DNA of 64,000 nucleotides from the human T2T-CHM13v2.0 reference genome, Homo sapiens, in the NCBI RefSeq assembly GCF_009914755.1, contig NC_060930.1. The stretch is one strand, 5' to 3'. Made by a program: the position numbers and the translations under genes. Below are positions 44,922 to 61,039 of the stretch, piece after piece. Positions within the stretch are counted from its first letter, which is position 1, and the number at the start of each line of letters is the position of its first letter. The notes under the pieces were generated by a model. That model ran no database searches. It was not told the origin of the DNA and saw only the letters and a list, made by a program, of their open reading frames with translations.

Positions 44922-46794
44922 CTTGCTAGTTTTGCTGTGCTGTGTATTTTTTAAAATAAGAAGAATTGCTTAAACATATAAGGATAAATTCTCATACAAC
45001 AAACCTGGTGACCAGCAGCTCCGATCTAATGCAAGAGATCACAGAAATCCTAGAGAGACTCAGCGATCTTATTCTCTATCCTTCCACCCTTCAAAAAGCA
45101 GCTGAAATTCTGTGTATTTATGATGGCTCTTTCACCACCAGGCTTCCAGGAGTAAAAAACAGTAGAACAATCTGGTAAAATCTATCAAAATTACTGGTGC
45201 AGTCACCTTTTGACTCAGGAATTCCATGTCTAGGGCCTAATCCTTCAGATATACTTGCGCATTTAAGAATTGGAGTAGGAAAAATACACGTTATGATACA
45301 TTATTTTAAAAATACAACAAAATATCTAGCAAAAGGAATTATTTTTGGCTATTTAAAGATATTGATATGTATCCATTCATACAAAGGGATTTTATGGTAC
45401 TTATGAAGAAGTGGATGAGTTCAAAATATATTGACACGGAATGATACGCAAAGGTTTTTTTTTTTTCAATTAAAACAAAAGCAATGTGAAAGCTGTAGCA
45501 TTCAAAAAGCAATATAATAATATAATTAATTTGGAATTATCTACATCATGAACTCCTGCAAGAATAAAAAAAAAACTATAAGAATTATTCCTGATTGAAG
45601 AGAAACTAAGTAAATGGAGGCATAGTAAATCAAATTTTATTTTATATATTTCTCTGTTTTCTGATTTGTTAAACATGTAAATGTATCTCTCTTCAATATA
45701 TAAATAAATTAAGTTAGATAGCAATTTATGACTTGTTTCTAGACATCATTTTTTAGTGCCTTGGCACTCCCACAATGTTATCAGTCTAGTCTCTCTATTA
45801 TCAGAGTTAAAAAATAATCTGGTTCTGCATTAATTTAAATGAATAACTTGGTTTCAATTTTTCTTAAACTGGAACCAAAATACATATTTGGATAGAATGT
45901 ATAGTTCTGGCAGTAAGGGATCTCATCAAGCCATTTGGAAAAATACTTGATAAAATAAAAATGAAGTGAAAACTTTATAGATAACAAGAGACTTAAGAGA
46001 CATTTCAAAAGAACACATGTTCAATCTTACTGAGGTCTTCCTTACTTGTTTTTATTTGGTCTAGTTTTCTTGACCAAATAAACTAAAGTAAAAGTTAACA
46101 ATTTTTGAATAAATGTATAAGTAAATGAACATCTGATTACTAAACAAGCTGTAATAAATAAGTGAGAAAAATGATTCCTGATTATAGTGCTCATTATATC
46201 AAGCACAAGGAAATGAAAGCAAAGGAAACCAGAGGAGAGGAAATAGTATTGGGCAAGAAATTGAAATAAGTGTACTGTATTGAAAGTGAATGAAAATTTT
46301 AAGTAGGAGCAATTAGCTGCTTTGGAAAGATTGGCAAGAAATATTTAACTGGTCCATGGCAGCTTCTATAATCAACATTTAATAACTGATTAAACTGATT
46401 GAACCATCATAACCAACCACCATTCATTTTCCCCGTTTTTGCTCAAAATGGATACATAAGAAGATCATAATGCATGAAAGGTGAAATAGTGCAGAAAGCA
46501 AAAGGCATATGAAACTCTGAAAACCAGAAATTAATGTAAATAAAGAGGTTGGAACTTGTAAGGTAGGGGACACAAGTTTGTGATGCCAGGTTCATTAATG
46601 TATGACTCCATTCTTCTTTTCAAGTATTTTAAGTCCTGAAGATATCCTTAAAGTGCATTTGGTAGGTGGGATTCTTCCCTTTTTACTTCTCAATTTCTAT
46701 CACACTCTTCTGGAAGATACAACACAGTATATTGGAGATAAAGGAAAACTACATTTATTTCTTGAAGGATAAGCAAAATAAAAAATCAAGAAAA

Positions 46795-47208
<414 letters not shown>

Positions 47209-48406
47209 TCATTCAGTGATGGAAGCATTTCAAGCCTGTAATTTGGGTGCCTGCTTTCACTAACTCAGGGACTTGAACACAAAATTCTCAGTTTAAAATG
47301 CAGATGTACTCTTGACCAAGCTATGCAAACTGTAAAGTATCTTTTAACTAAAAGATAAGAGGATTTTGATCTGCTACCTGAGTCCTTTTATGTTCTTTTG
47401 AAGATGATTTTTGACATCCTCTGATCACACACAAAACATCAGCCTTTAATATACATATTACCAATTTTATACTATTAAAATATACATTCCAGATTTGTTG
47501 AACAAAAGAGTTTTGGTGCATGTTGCTATGTGGATGAAATGCAAGATCTTGTTATGACCTTGTGATCCTTGAATAAGCTCAACATTCAGTGGTCTGAAAC
47601 CATGCCAAAGACCTTGGTGATCCCACCACCCTCCCTGAGTCTGTCATTCCCACTTCCATACCACTGTTGAGGCAAAGTTCAGAGGATCTCATAATTAGCA
47701 AAATAGCAGCTTTCATAAAAAGAACTTTCTTCAGCCCTATCCCAGCCACATATGGGGTGTAATAAAGTCCTGTCAATCCAGTGGCCAAAGTGTAACTTGT
47801 CATTTTTTTATATCATGATACATGTGTCAAAGGGCATGAATTTCTGACCTTGATTATCATATCTTCATGATAATATTTCAAGACACGCACACATACACAC
47901 ACACTCCCCTCAAAAATGAGAGATTTGAGTTGGCAAAATATTATTGGAGGAGTCCAGAGAACTTACTTTGAAGCTGTGTCTGCCTATCAATCACACTGGT
48001 TAACTTAGATTTTAGTTTTATTTATAATGCCTCGGAAAAGCTGATGGAGATTTTGAGGAAGGGATAGAAAAGCAAATTCCACTTGTTGTCTTCTTGGTTT
48101 TTTAATTGTAGCTCTGCCTTGGTTGGTCAGTATGCTGTATCTGTTGGTGGTTCAGTGTCTTTATCTCTGAAACGGAATACAGAATAACAGCATTATCTGT
48201 TTTAAGGCTATTGTGAGAAGTAAAAAGGTAGGTGCCTTTAAAATAGTACATAGTAGATACTAAGTGTGAGAAAACAAAAGACTTTTGTTTCTTATAATTG
48301 TGTACTCAATTAGCAAACATTTGCTATGTTGCTTGACATTTTGTATAGGCTACACTGAAGAGAGAGTGTCCTAAAAGAATGATTTCCTTTAAAATCTGCC
48401 TCTTGT

Positions 48407-48710
<304 letters not shown>

Positions 48711-48934
48711 AATCTGCCTCTTGTACACTGCAATTACATGTGCTTTAATTCTGTGTTACCAATCACTTTGTTATTTATGTTCATAATGATTCCATTTTCT
48801 AGCACTTCATTAGCTCATGAAAACTTCATGACAGGCACACAAGTGTTGGTGATCCAGCTGGAAGAATCAACACAATTATGTGAGCCACATTCCTGCAAAG
48901 TGTGCATTTTACTTTACTTTTGTCTTTCATATTG

Positions 48935-49010
48935 TCATCATCATCATCCTCATCACCCCACCACCATGACCATCATCACCATCATCTCACCACAATCATC
49001 ATCATGACCA
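48935..49010. repeat. Imperfect (CAT/CAC)n trinucleotide repeat
   Basis: Direct reading. Confidence 0.8.
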
Positions 49011-49429
49011 TCTTTATCAATATAATTTCTCTATTGAGCAACATTGTTCAACTTCCAACTGTCAGTCAATTGGTTGGAGGCCTGTGGCCAGACTTACAAT
49101 AAAGATCCTGGACTGGCCCATTTCCTTAGTCCTCTCTCAACTGAATAAAAATTCAGGTGAATAGAAATGTCACCTGAAGAGAAACCTTATGAGAACTTCA
49201 GCAAGTAGAGAACCTCCCAAACTATAAAGATTTGGGAGGCAGTTTACACTGCTTGACTAAAAAGATGGGCTTCCAAGAGGAGATTTTTTAAAGTGTCATA
49301 TCTTTGAGGGATTCAGTATTTGGTTTTAGTGGAATATAGAGACTTCAGAGTCATAAAACAGACACAGTCATAACGATTTGGGATGCAACTCTGTTTCAGG
49401 AGATCTTATACTGATATAAATATCTATTT

Positions 49430-49958
49430 TTAATTAAACTTTGTATTACATCTGTTTAAGATGTATAAAATAATTTTTGATATACATAGTGAAATGGTTA
49501 CTATAGTCAAGCAAATTAACATATTCATTATCTCACAGTTATCCTTTGTGTCTCTATGTTAAAATTATCCAAAATCCACTCCTAGCGAATTTCCAGCATA
49601 TACTACAATATTATCACTATTGTCCTCATGTTGTACAGTAGATCTGTATACTTATTCATATCAGATATCTACAGCTTTTTACCCTTTGGCCTATATCTCT
49701 TCATTTCCTCCTCTACTCTTCCACTCCGGATAATTATCTCTCTACTCTGTTTCTGTGTATTTGAGATTTTTGTTTGTTTTTGTTTTTTAGATTGCATATA
49801 TAAGTAAGATCATGTAGTATTTTGTTTTCTATGCCTGGCTTATTTAGCTTAGCATAATGTCCTCCAGTTTCATCCATGTTGTTGCAAACGGCAGTACCTC
49901 CTTTTTTAAGGCTGGATAGTATTTCATTATATATATTCATATCACATTATACCACATT

Positions 49959-49995
<37 letters not shown>

Positions 49996-50520
49996 GCACA
50001 CACACACTATAATATGTATTATAATTTTTTTAATTTTTTTTTTTTGAGATGGAATCTTACTCTGTTGTCCAGGCTGGAGTGCAGTGGTGCGATCTTGGCT
50101 CACTGTGACCTCCGCCCCTAGAGTTCAAGCAATTCTCCTGCCTCAGCCTACTGAGTAGCTGGATTTACAGGCATGCGCTACCATGCCTGGCTAATTTTTG
50201 TGAGAGATGGAGTTTTTAGTAGAGACGGGGTTTTGCCATATTGGCCAGGCTAGTCTTGAATTCCTGACCTCAAGTGATCTGCCCACCTCGGCCTCCCAAA
50301 GTGCTGGGATTACAGGCATGAGCCACCGCACCCAGATGTATAATATATATATTATATATACACATTTTTATGCACACGCTTCTGCGTGCACACACACACA
50401 CATACATCAGACAATTTCTTTCTCCATTCATCTACTGAGGAACATGGAAATGCAGATACCTCTACCAGGTGCTGATTTTATTTTCTTTGGGTATATATCC
50501 AACAGAGAAATTGCTGGGTA
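49430..50520 (-). mobile_element. L1MA 3' end with nested AluS (50035-50334) and (TA)(CA) repeat
   Basis: tggttactatagtcaagcaaattaacatattc, gcctggcttatttagcttagcataatgtcctccag. Confidence 0.8.
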
Positions 50521-52420
50521 ATTTGATATATGTATATATGTGTGTGGGTTTATGTGTATGTGTGTATGTTTGTATATGTATATAGAAATTTGGTGAATGA
50601 ATCTTGTCATTTGTTGGGAAATTTTATATCCATTGTTCTAAGTTGTCTTCTGTAACTATATCTTTAAGCCACATTTTCTATTTTCCAAGAAATTTGAGTT
50701 TATGAATATATTCATATTTGCTAATGTAACTAAGCATGTTATTATGCATGATCTACATGGCCTAGACAAGGACAATAAACATCTCTGTAAAATGACTGGA
50801 ATATAAGTCCTACGTGGGTCCCCTGATGTGTGTAATGATGCTGAGGTTTAGTAATCTTTAAATAATGACCTTTCTCTGGAGTCTGAGTTCCCACTGGTAT
50901 AAAAGTAAATGAACTATTTATTATCCTTAGAAAAGTTGGATTTGGGAAGGGAAATGTATATTATACTACAAAAATGAAGAGAGAACGAGGGTTTGGGGTT
51001 GAGAGTGTGGGTCTGTATATAAAGTATGTGATCCCATTACCATTGTGTTGAGTTCAGAAATTAGTAAACTAATCTATTCAGTTGATTTCAAGATGAACAG
51101 AAGTGCTCTAAGTTGTGTGTCAAAGAACAGGTTCTCTGGGAAATTGTTGGGTTCAGGACAAATAATTATTTTCCACACTGAAATATTTAACCTTTGATTT
51201 AACATCTCAATATAGTCCTATGTCCCAGCTCCATCTATGCATGAACATGAGATGCTATTTCTTGAGGAGAAAAACATATTTTCATGGAAGTGGAATGTTG
51301 AGTCTGAACCATAATCACTTCTAAGTTTTAGGGCAGTTAGGAATGATTACTACTCCTAGGTGTGTGTTTCAGAGGAGTTAGTCAAGATTTTTTAGGTTTT
51401 CATAGTACAAAGAAAGCAGTCGGATTGCAATAAGAATCTCACTATTCTAATATTAGTAAGGTGGGCAGGAGTTAGAGGAATGCCTAGTAGCCTCATAATT
51501 ATTTTGATCCGCTCAGTAAATCCATGTCAAAATTCAAATTAAGTACTAGTTTAAATCTACTCTCCCTTTCAGAAAATATTGATTTCTCTTCACACATATT
51601 CAAGATAATCCTTATTTTGATTTGTCCTTGCAAGAGAGTTTCATTTTTAGTAAATAAACAGGTACTCTATAATAATTATTGGATAATTGAAAGAATGAAC
51701 TGAATGAGATCTTTTAAATTTTTGAAGGTATCAAATTCGGGACAGCAAAATGAAATTGAAAATATGTATTAATTCAAAACATAAATTTTAACATGAATGT
51801 AAAATGTGGCTTAGATGTATCAGCTAATGATCTGTTGTAAAAACTTTCTTTGCATTTAACCGAAAGTTTTTGTAACTTTCTTAAATCTGTATGTAGGAAG
51901 AAGTTAGTAAACTAACCAAATACATCTTGGTACTCCTGAAAAGTTGACCTTAAGAAATCTCTTATAAGTAGAATTTTGCTGAGATTAGGAATATTCTTTC
52001 TGAAAAACTTCTGGTAGCGAAAATATTCCTTGTTAGAGCAAATCATCTAGAAGTCCCTCAGTAACAGTAATATCCAACTTTCAAAAAGGGTAGAAGTGAG
52101 ATAAGGAAACTTGAAAACTCAAATTTTTCTAAAATATTTTAATTGAAAGCTAAAAATGGAAAAAATGAGTTAAATTACTTAGAGTAGTATAGCAAAGTAG
52201 AATAAAGGAGAAATGTTTCTACAGGTGACAAGTTTTACCATAGTATGGTAATTTAAGCTACCAGCAGACCATCCACAGAAATAGCCTTTCCAACCCTTTC
52301 ATTTATGTAAATGATTGATGGAGTGATAAATATTATTTGGTAACAAATTCTTTGAGGAATAAAAATAAATAATTTGGGAATAAATCCTACAGTAAATATA
52401 AGCAAAAGCCATTTCTAAGT

Positions 52421-52492
52421 GGCTCGTTGGTCTAGGGGTATGATTCTCGCTTCGGGTGTGAGAGGTCCCGGGTTCAAATCCCGGACGAGCCC
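52421..52492 (+). tRNA. TRP-CGG2-1: tRNA-Pro (anticodon CGG)
   Basis: GGCTCGTTGGTCTAGGGGTATGATTCTCGCTTCGGGTGTGAGAGGTCCCGGGTTCAAATCCCGGACGAGCCC; anticodon 52453-55; intact A/B boxes. Confidence 0.97.
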
Positions 52493-52498
52493 ACTTCA

Positions 52499-52502
52499 TT
52501 TT
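52499..52502 (+). terminator. Pol III terminator (T4)
   Basis: TTTT 6 nt after tRNA-Pro. Confidence 0.7.
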
Positions 52503-54269
52503 CGCCCAATAAGGTTTAAGGATATTTAAAGTATTTCCCCAAATAGTCATACCCAAAAATATGTACTTTCACCACATCAACAGTAGAATTGTCTAAGCAG
52601 GCGAGTACTGAATCCGGACTTCTTCTAAGGGCAGACACCGGAATGTTGATGCGGCTGCAGCTGCGCTCTCCCACCTCTGTCTGTCTCTTCTCAAACCCCG
52701 AAAGGAAGACCGTGGGCAGCTCGTGCGCGCGTGCGTGTGCGTGTTTAACCGAGTGCTGGAGGGGAAACGTGAGTTGCAGTCAACCGGTTATCTTCCTCTT
52801 ATAGGAAGGAGGATTTTAATTTACACTTTTAACTCCAGCTTCGGTGATTACTCTCTGACTCCTAGTGTTTACTACTCCCGCCACACTGGAAAGTAAAAGT
52901 CTCCCCAAGTGCTGCTGGTGCCACTGCTCCCACTGCAGTCGACTGTTAGGGTGTCACACTCCTGCCTCTCCTGCTTTCCCCGGTCAGAGTTCATTCCTTT
53001 ATTTCTTCAACGGATGCATAGCCAATGAGTATGACATGTCACCCTTCAGTGCTGAAAGCTGTGGAGGCAGTGACGGAAAAACATGGTTTTATTTCTACAG
53101 AACTTAATATTACAAGTAATTAATTATTTACCATGATGACGCGTTTTGAGAAAGTATGGAATTCCCATGGAAGTATATAGCACCAGGGCTGACTATTGAC
53201 TCTTGGGAATATTGCTAGCCCAGGTTCGTCTAACTGGAGAGAGAGACCACGAGGAGCAGTCATTAAGGCTGGAATTTCAAAGTTTTTCTCATCCCATGCT
53301 CTGGAAATTTGCGGGTACTTTGTTGAAAACACTCAGGAGAATTGATTAACACTGGAATTCGAAACAGGGAAAAAATGGAGAGGAAGATATCAATCCAGTT
53401 ATTTTGCTCATGCTGTCTAAATTAAAATATTTCCTCAGAATAACTGTTTTGTTTGCTTTTGTGGCCAAGACTGAAAGTGGACACCCACTCCCCGACCCCA
53501 ATTTCGTTCTAGCTTCATGGACCTCACAGAGGCTCAGCTCGCTCTGCTCATCTTGGTATTCTGAAAGTGTGGATCTTTTTACCTTTCCTTTTTCTGACCA
53601 ACTTTAAGGGCCACTGAGTATGAAGATGCACATCCTTATTCATAGGTGGGGTGTAATATATTGTCTCTTTTTATAAATAAAATATAAGTGTATAATTTAT
53701 TTGTAAATTAATGTGTATAATTTATTTGTAATTTAATTTTATAACTTGGAATAGTGTTACTTATTAAGTTTGAAATTCAAAAGGAACTTCCTCTGACCTC
53801 TGTTCATTAAGAATTTTCTCTGAATGCAGAAAGTCAGTGTGATGTCATCTAGGCAGAAGAGATTGAATGACCCTTCTCAACAAGGAATTTTACTATCCTA
53901 AGAGGGATAAGTTGGACATTTTGACATGTAAAAGTCTGATAGTAAATGACACAGGCAGTCCATTCTAAAATGGTTCCCAGAGTCAATAAATTGGACTCAT
54001 GGTCTTAGTTTCCAGTTATTTTTAGGGCTTAATTATAATTATGGACCAGCAATCAAAGATCACTAGGCATCATTAGACACTGAAGTTAGTGTCCAATCTG
54101 AGAAACAGTGATTTTTTAAAAGCTATTTTAAGAAAGGGAGAGAAAGAATGCTGTACAAAAGGATAACTCTATAGAAGTCTCTTGAAATTAAAATTATGAG
54201 AGTAGAAAGAAAAAACTTAATAGAACAATTAACATAAAACCTGAAGGGCATCTCCAAAATGTGGAGTAA

Positions 54270-54990
54270 AAATATAAGGGGAAACTCCAGCAATTGTGAT
54301 TCTTGATATATACTCAAATGAGTTGAAAAACCATATCCACACAAAAACCTTCACATCAATGTTTATAGCAGCTTTATTTGGATTTGCTAAAACATAAACA
54401 ATCAAGATGTACTTCAATAGGTGAATGGATATATTTAATGCAAACTATGGCACAATGGATGGACTATTAATTCATGATAAAAAGAAAGGAGCTATCAAGA
54501 CAGGAAAAGACATGGAGGAATCTTAAAAGCATACTGCTAAGTGAAAGAAGCCAATCTGAAAAGGCCACATACTGTATATATGATTCCAACTATATAACGT
54601 AGTGAAAAAGGTAAAAATATGTAAACAGCAAAAAAGAGCAGTCATTGCTAAGAGGGAGGGAGGGAGGGAAGGATGAAGAGGCGAAGCACAGGGAATGTTT
54701 AGAGTGGAGATACTATTATACATGATACAGTAATGATGGACACATGCCATTATACATTTATCAAAGAGGAAAGAGTTACAACATAATCCATAAGAGTTAC
54801 AACAAAGAAAGTGAACCTAAAGTAAACTACAAATTTTAGTTAATATTAATGTATCAATATTGGTTCATCAGTTGTAACAAATGGACCACAATCGTATAAG
54901 ATTTAATAATAAGAGAAGCTATAGGAAGGATAGGAGATATATGGGAACTCTTTGTACTTTCTCTTCAATTTTTCTGTAAATAAAAAACTG
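54270..54990 (+). mobile_element. L1MC 3' end
   Basis: ccagcaattgtgattcttgatatatactcaaatgagttgaaaa...ctaagtgaaagaagccaatctgaaaagg...ttcaatttttctgtaaa. Confidence 0.8.
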
Positions 54991-55099
54991 CCTAAAAATG
55001 TCTATTAATTTTTTAAAAGTAAAAAGAATGTAACCAGGAAAGAGCAGTAAAAACAAAACAAAAGGTAGAGGAAACATACTGGAGATTTAAAATCCAAGT

Positions 55100-55360
55100 A
55101 AAGGAAGGGAAGGAAGGAAGGAAGGAAGGGAGGGAGGGAGGAGAGGGAGGGAGGGAGAGAAAGAGAGAGAAAGAAAGAAAAAGAAAAAGGAACAAAAGAA
55201 AAGAAAAGAAAATTAGCCGAGTGTGGTGGCACACGCCTGTAGTCCCAGCTACTTGGGAGGCTGAGGCAGAGAATCACCTGAACCCAAGAGGCAGAGGTTG
55301 CAGTGAGCTGAGATTGCTCCACTCCACTCCAGCCTGGGCAAGAGAACAAGACTCTGTCTC

Positions 55361-55388
<28 letters not shown>
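55100..55388 (+). mobile_element. GA-rich low-complexity tract followed by an Alu right monomer
   Basis: (GGAA)n/(GA)n, then aaattagccgagtgtggtggc...poly-A. Confidence 0.8.
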
Positions 55389-55392
<4 letters not shown>

Positions 55393-55729
55393 GAGAACAC
55401 AGAAATCAGAAAACTAGCAACAACGAAAAACAAGCTAATATCCCTAACCGAAATACAGGATTTAATGATGTAATAGAGTTCCCAAAACAAGGAATGGAAA
55501 CAGAAACACACTAAAGCATATCTTTCAGACATTGCAGAACATTGAGGACAAGGAAATTATCCTGAAATAGATAAATAAAAGCTAACTGCAAATGTAGACT
55601 CCATAATTAGAATGACTTTGTACTTCTCAAAATGAATACTGGAAGCTAGAAGAAAATAGAGAACTCTCTCAAAATCCTGAAATAAATTTCAAAAGCCTGA
55701 AAAATATTTCCCAGACAAACATTCAATCA

Positions 55730-55977
<248 letters not shown>

Positions 55978-57479
55978 TCATCTACAATGAACTCTTTCTC
56001 AGGAAGCTGCTTTACAATGTACTCCACCAAAATGTGAAGGTATAGTAAGACAGAAAATACATGAGAAATTGGGCATACAGCACCAGTGGCAGGGAAATAA
56101 AATGTATAGTACAATGGTGAAGGAAGACATCACGATGAAAACCCCATATCAAGTTTAGAAATCACTCAGTTTATTGTTTTGGCAAGGCTTTTATGGTTAT
56201 TTGTGATATTTTTTTCTAAAAATAATGTTCAGGAAACAAAATAGGAAAGATAGGTAAATAATATTGCCAAACATAATTATATAAAGGGTGATTACTTATT
56301 CAATAAAAATTCTGATATAACTATATTTGAAGGAAAAATTGATCAGAAGAGTGTCTGTGGAGGTGTTTACGGTGAGGAAGAGAAGTGAATCTTCTATTTG
56401 TGTAATGGGAAATCAATGGAAAATACTAAGCTTAAAATTAATACGTAGCATATGTATTAGAGTACAATTTTGTCTCTGTAACAAAGACCCAAAAGAACCA
56501 TAGCTTAAAAGAAGCATTACTGATCTCTCCTGTGACTGTCTGAGGGTGTAATCAATGCCAGGGTGATGCTTTGGCTTCATGGTGTTGGTTCCAGTCTTCT
56601 ATGTCATGGCTCCTTCCTTCCTACAGTGTGCTGGGTCCAATCACTATTCCATGAAGCCTTCATTCTCAAAAGCAGATACATGAGGAAGAGATAAATAGAG
56701 GTTATTTCCTTCTCTTATGGACATAACCTGGAAGTTTTACATACATTTTCTCTCTTATGCCTTTACTTAGAAATTGGTCACGTGATGACGCTGACTGTCA
56801 AGGGAAGTCACTGTAATCTTTTCATGGGTGGCTATGAGCTCAGCTAATTTTCCATTTCTTGGAAAAAACAAAAATAATGATTGGACAACTAGCCATCTTT
56901 GCCATAGCATGATGACATGCAGGTAAAAACAACACAAAACGCCAAATGGCTGAAAATGTTTGCCTCTACTAAGAGGAATAAGATAGGAGAGACCACTGTT
57001 TCGCATACACATATTTTTTGAAGTAATTGAGCTTTTAAAACATGTATGGTTAACTTTGATTAAAAATTTTGTTAATAATAATTTTAAAAAGCTTTAAGAA
57101 CCAAAGTATGGATAAATAATTCAGCCAGGCTAAAGTGAGAAAGGGAAAGAGCGTTCCATGAGGGAAAATCATTTGTTGGAAGAGGAAAACTAGATCTGTC
57201 TTGAGGCAAAAACCCAAATGGGACTGAGCATGGAAAACAACGGGTAAGGAAGTGGGTTGAGTTGAGGTTGAAGATTTCAGGCAGGTCAACGCAGCAAACA
57301 CTGCAATATAAGGGCTCTTCCAAGGAAAAAAAAAGCGGATGATTCTTTGTGAATTCACAGAAACTAGCAAAGGTGGTATTCACTCAAGATGTTAGTGCAA
57401 TCTAACGTAAAATATCCTGACATTGAGAGTGTGAAAATACAGCAGGGGTCCATTCCTGCAGGATTTCCCCTATGTTCCC

Positions 57480-57980
57480 TGTTGTTTAGCCTGTGATTGA
57501 TTTGCGTGGGCTTCTGAAGAGAAACCGACTCCGGTGTGAACGGTTTTGGGAACCTCGGTCTCCTGCTGGCTCCCAGGTGCGCTATCCGACGCAGCGAGAC
57601 GCGGTGAGCCTACAGAAGGGCTGACCAGGCTCACCTGACGCCCCAGGTCGACAGCAAACCCCGTGCGCCCCGTTGGCCCGGTCACGCCCGCAGCCTGCTC
57701 AGGCGCCTCCTGCCTCGGGACCAGGAAGCGGAAGAAAGGGAGAGACCGGCCCGGCAATTACGTTTCTATCATGTCTTGAACATTTGTGTGAGTCCCACGA
57801 AAGCTAAGCCCGTTTATTCCCCCTCGAAGCGTTTCCACTCAGTTCTTGATCATTCATGTGAAAACGAGCCATCTCCACGTCTCCCAAACGTCTTCAAACC
57901 GTTTCCTAAGTCTTGTAAGGCCGCCTGTGGGTTCCTATTACAAACTCTGAAATAAAATACTCGGGAAACGTGGGTTATCA
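57480..57980. promoter_or_regulatory. Small CpG island upstream of tRNA-Ser
   Basis: CpG-dense non-repeat sequence; tandem ETS-like ggaagcggaag 57724-57734; TGACG; splice donors on both strands. Confidence 0.6.
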
Positions 57981-57981
57981 A

Positions 57982-58063
57982 GACGAGGTGGCCGAGTGGT
58001 TAAGGCGATGGACTGCTAATCCATTGTGCTCTGCACGCGTGGGTTCGAATCCCACCCTCGTCG
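57982..58063 (+). tRNA. TRS-GCT1-1: tRNA-Ser (anticodon GCT)
   Basis: GACGAGGTGGCCGAGTGGTTAAGGCGATGGACTGCTAATCCATTGTGCTCTGCACGCGTGGGTTCGAATCCCACCCTCGTCG; 82 nt, long variable arm, anticodon 58015-17. Confidence 0.97.
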
Positions 58064-58072
58064 GGGGAGGTC

Positions 58073-58076
58073 TTTT
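58073..58076 (+). terminator. Pol III terminator (T4)
   Basis: TTTT 9 nt after tRNA-Ser. Confidence 0.7.
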
Positions 58077-58571
58077 AATACGAAGAGGAGGAAACAACAC
58101 CCAAGTCCAGCCAACTTCCCTTTCAACTCTCCTGGAATTCAGGTCCCTGGCGTTGGAGAGGAAAAAGGAGCTCTTGTAATTTTGTATCATCAGTATAACG
58201 ATGGTGTTGCTGGGTTTTTTAACTTTATGGTTGATGGGGTATTGATTGTCAATATTGTGCGCGTGATCAGTTTAATGAGTACTCTTCTGGTGGGCTTTCT
58301 ACCTGATGACTGCAAAAACGCCTTCGAGCCTGAGAAAGGGGAGAGGGCAATAGAGAGGAGAGGAAGGTGACGGTGGGGCTAGAAAGAGAGAGAGATGAAG
58401 CTGCCAAAAAGGGGGAAAAACTTGAGGTGTGGTTATCCCAGCCGCTTCTTTTAGAAATCATTACTACTGTGAACATTAAAATAAATTCATCAAAAAGATA
58501 AGCAGAAAAAAACAAAAACAAAACAGCACGACAAATACACCAACACAGAAATTCAATTACTTAGATTCTCA

Positions 58572-59018
<447 letters not shown>

Positions 59019-59254
59019 TCATGATAATCTTAATAGCTGCATTATAGTCACAGGAGTTGACATACTTTAGCAATTCTTCTGTTTTCGAAATGTGTTTTAT
59101 GAAAATTAATGAGTCAAAGGATTATTGCAAAAATCGGTCAAAGGCTTTGAACGTCTTCTGGTTACTCTTGGTAATTAGTGATTTCTATTTCAGTTATGTT
59201 GTTTCTCTTTGCAATCAACAGTGCAAGAGGGACCCAGTTACCCCACTGACACTT

Positions 59255-60156
<902 letters not shown>

Positions 60157-60162
60157 ACTTGA

Positions 60163-60510
<348 letters not shown>

Positions 60511-61039
60511 TAATCACATATATGTTACATATTTATATATATTTTGGATATATCAAGTAGAATGGCAAGAACTTTTCCATATTCTGTTCTTTAATTATTA
60601 ATTTACTTGCTATAAATCTATCAGTCCTTAGAATTATTTACCTCAAATATATTTCCTTTTACTTTTCAAATAGATTTTTAAAACAATTAATTCATAGAAA
60701 AATTTTAAATACATCGAAATTTATATTAGTTATAAAATATCCATGTATCTATCTCAGAACTTCCATTTTATCCATTTTTGAAAATTCCTATTCTACAAAA
60801 TAGCACTTTTTTAATTTTTAAACTTTTTTGTGAAAATTATCACCCATGCAGAAAAGTACACAAAATATATATGCAAACTTAACTTTATGTACAGAAAAGT
60901 ATATAAAATATACATGCCAACTTAAGTAATTACAAAGCAAGCACCTGCAGAATTGTGACAAAGGCCAAGAAGTAGAACATGGCAAGCATCTAATAAGGGA
61001 ACCCTCTCAGTCACTGTCTCCTCTCTTCCCCAAATGTAT

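Noticed and set aside
48902-49102. Poly-His/Ser ORF
   Set aside because: Translation of a (CAT/CAC)n simple repeat
53165-53245. Possible third tRNA or pseudo-tRNA (GGTTCG at ~53223)
   Set aside because: No cloverleaf, A box or acceptor stem could be built
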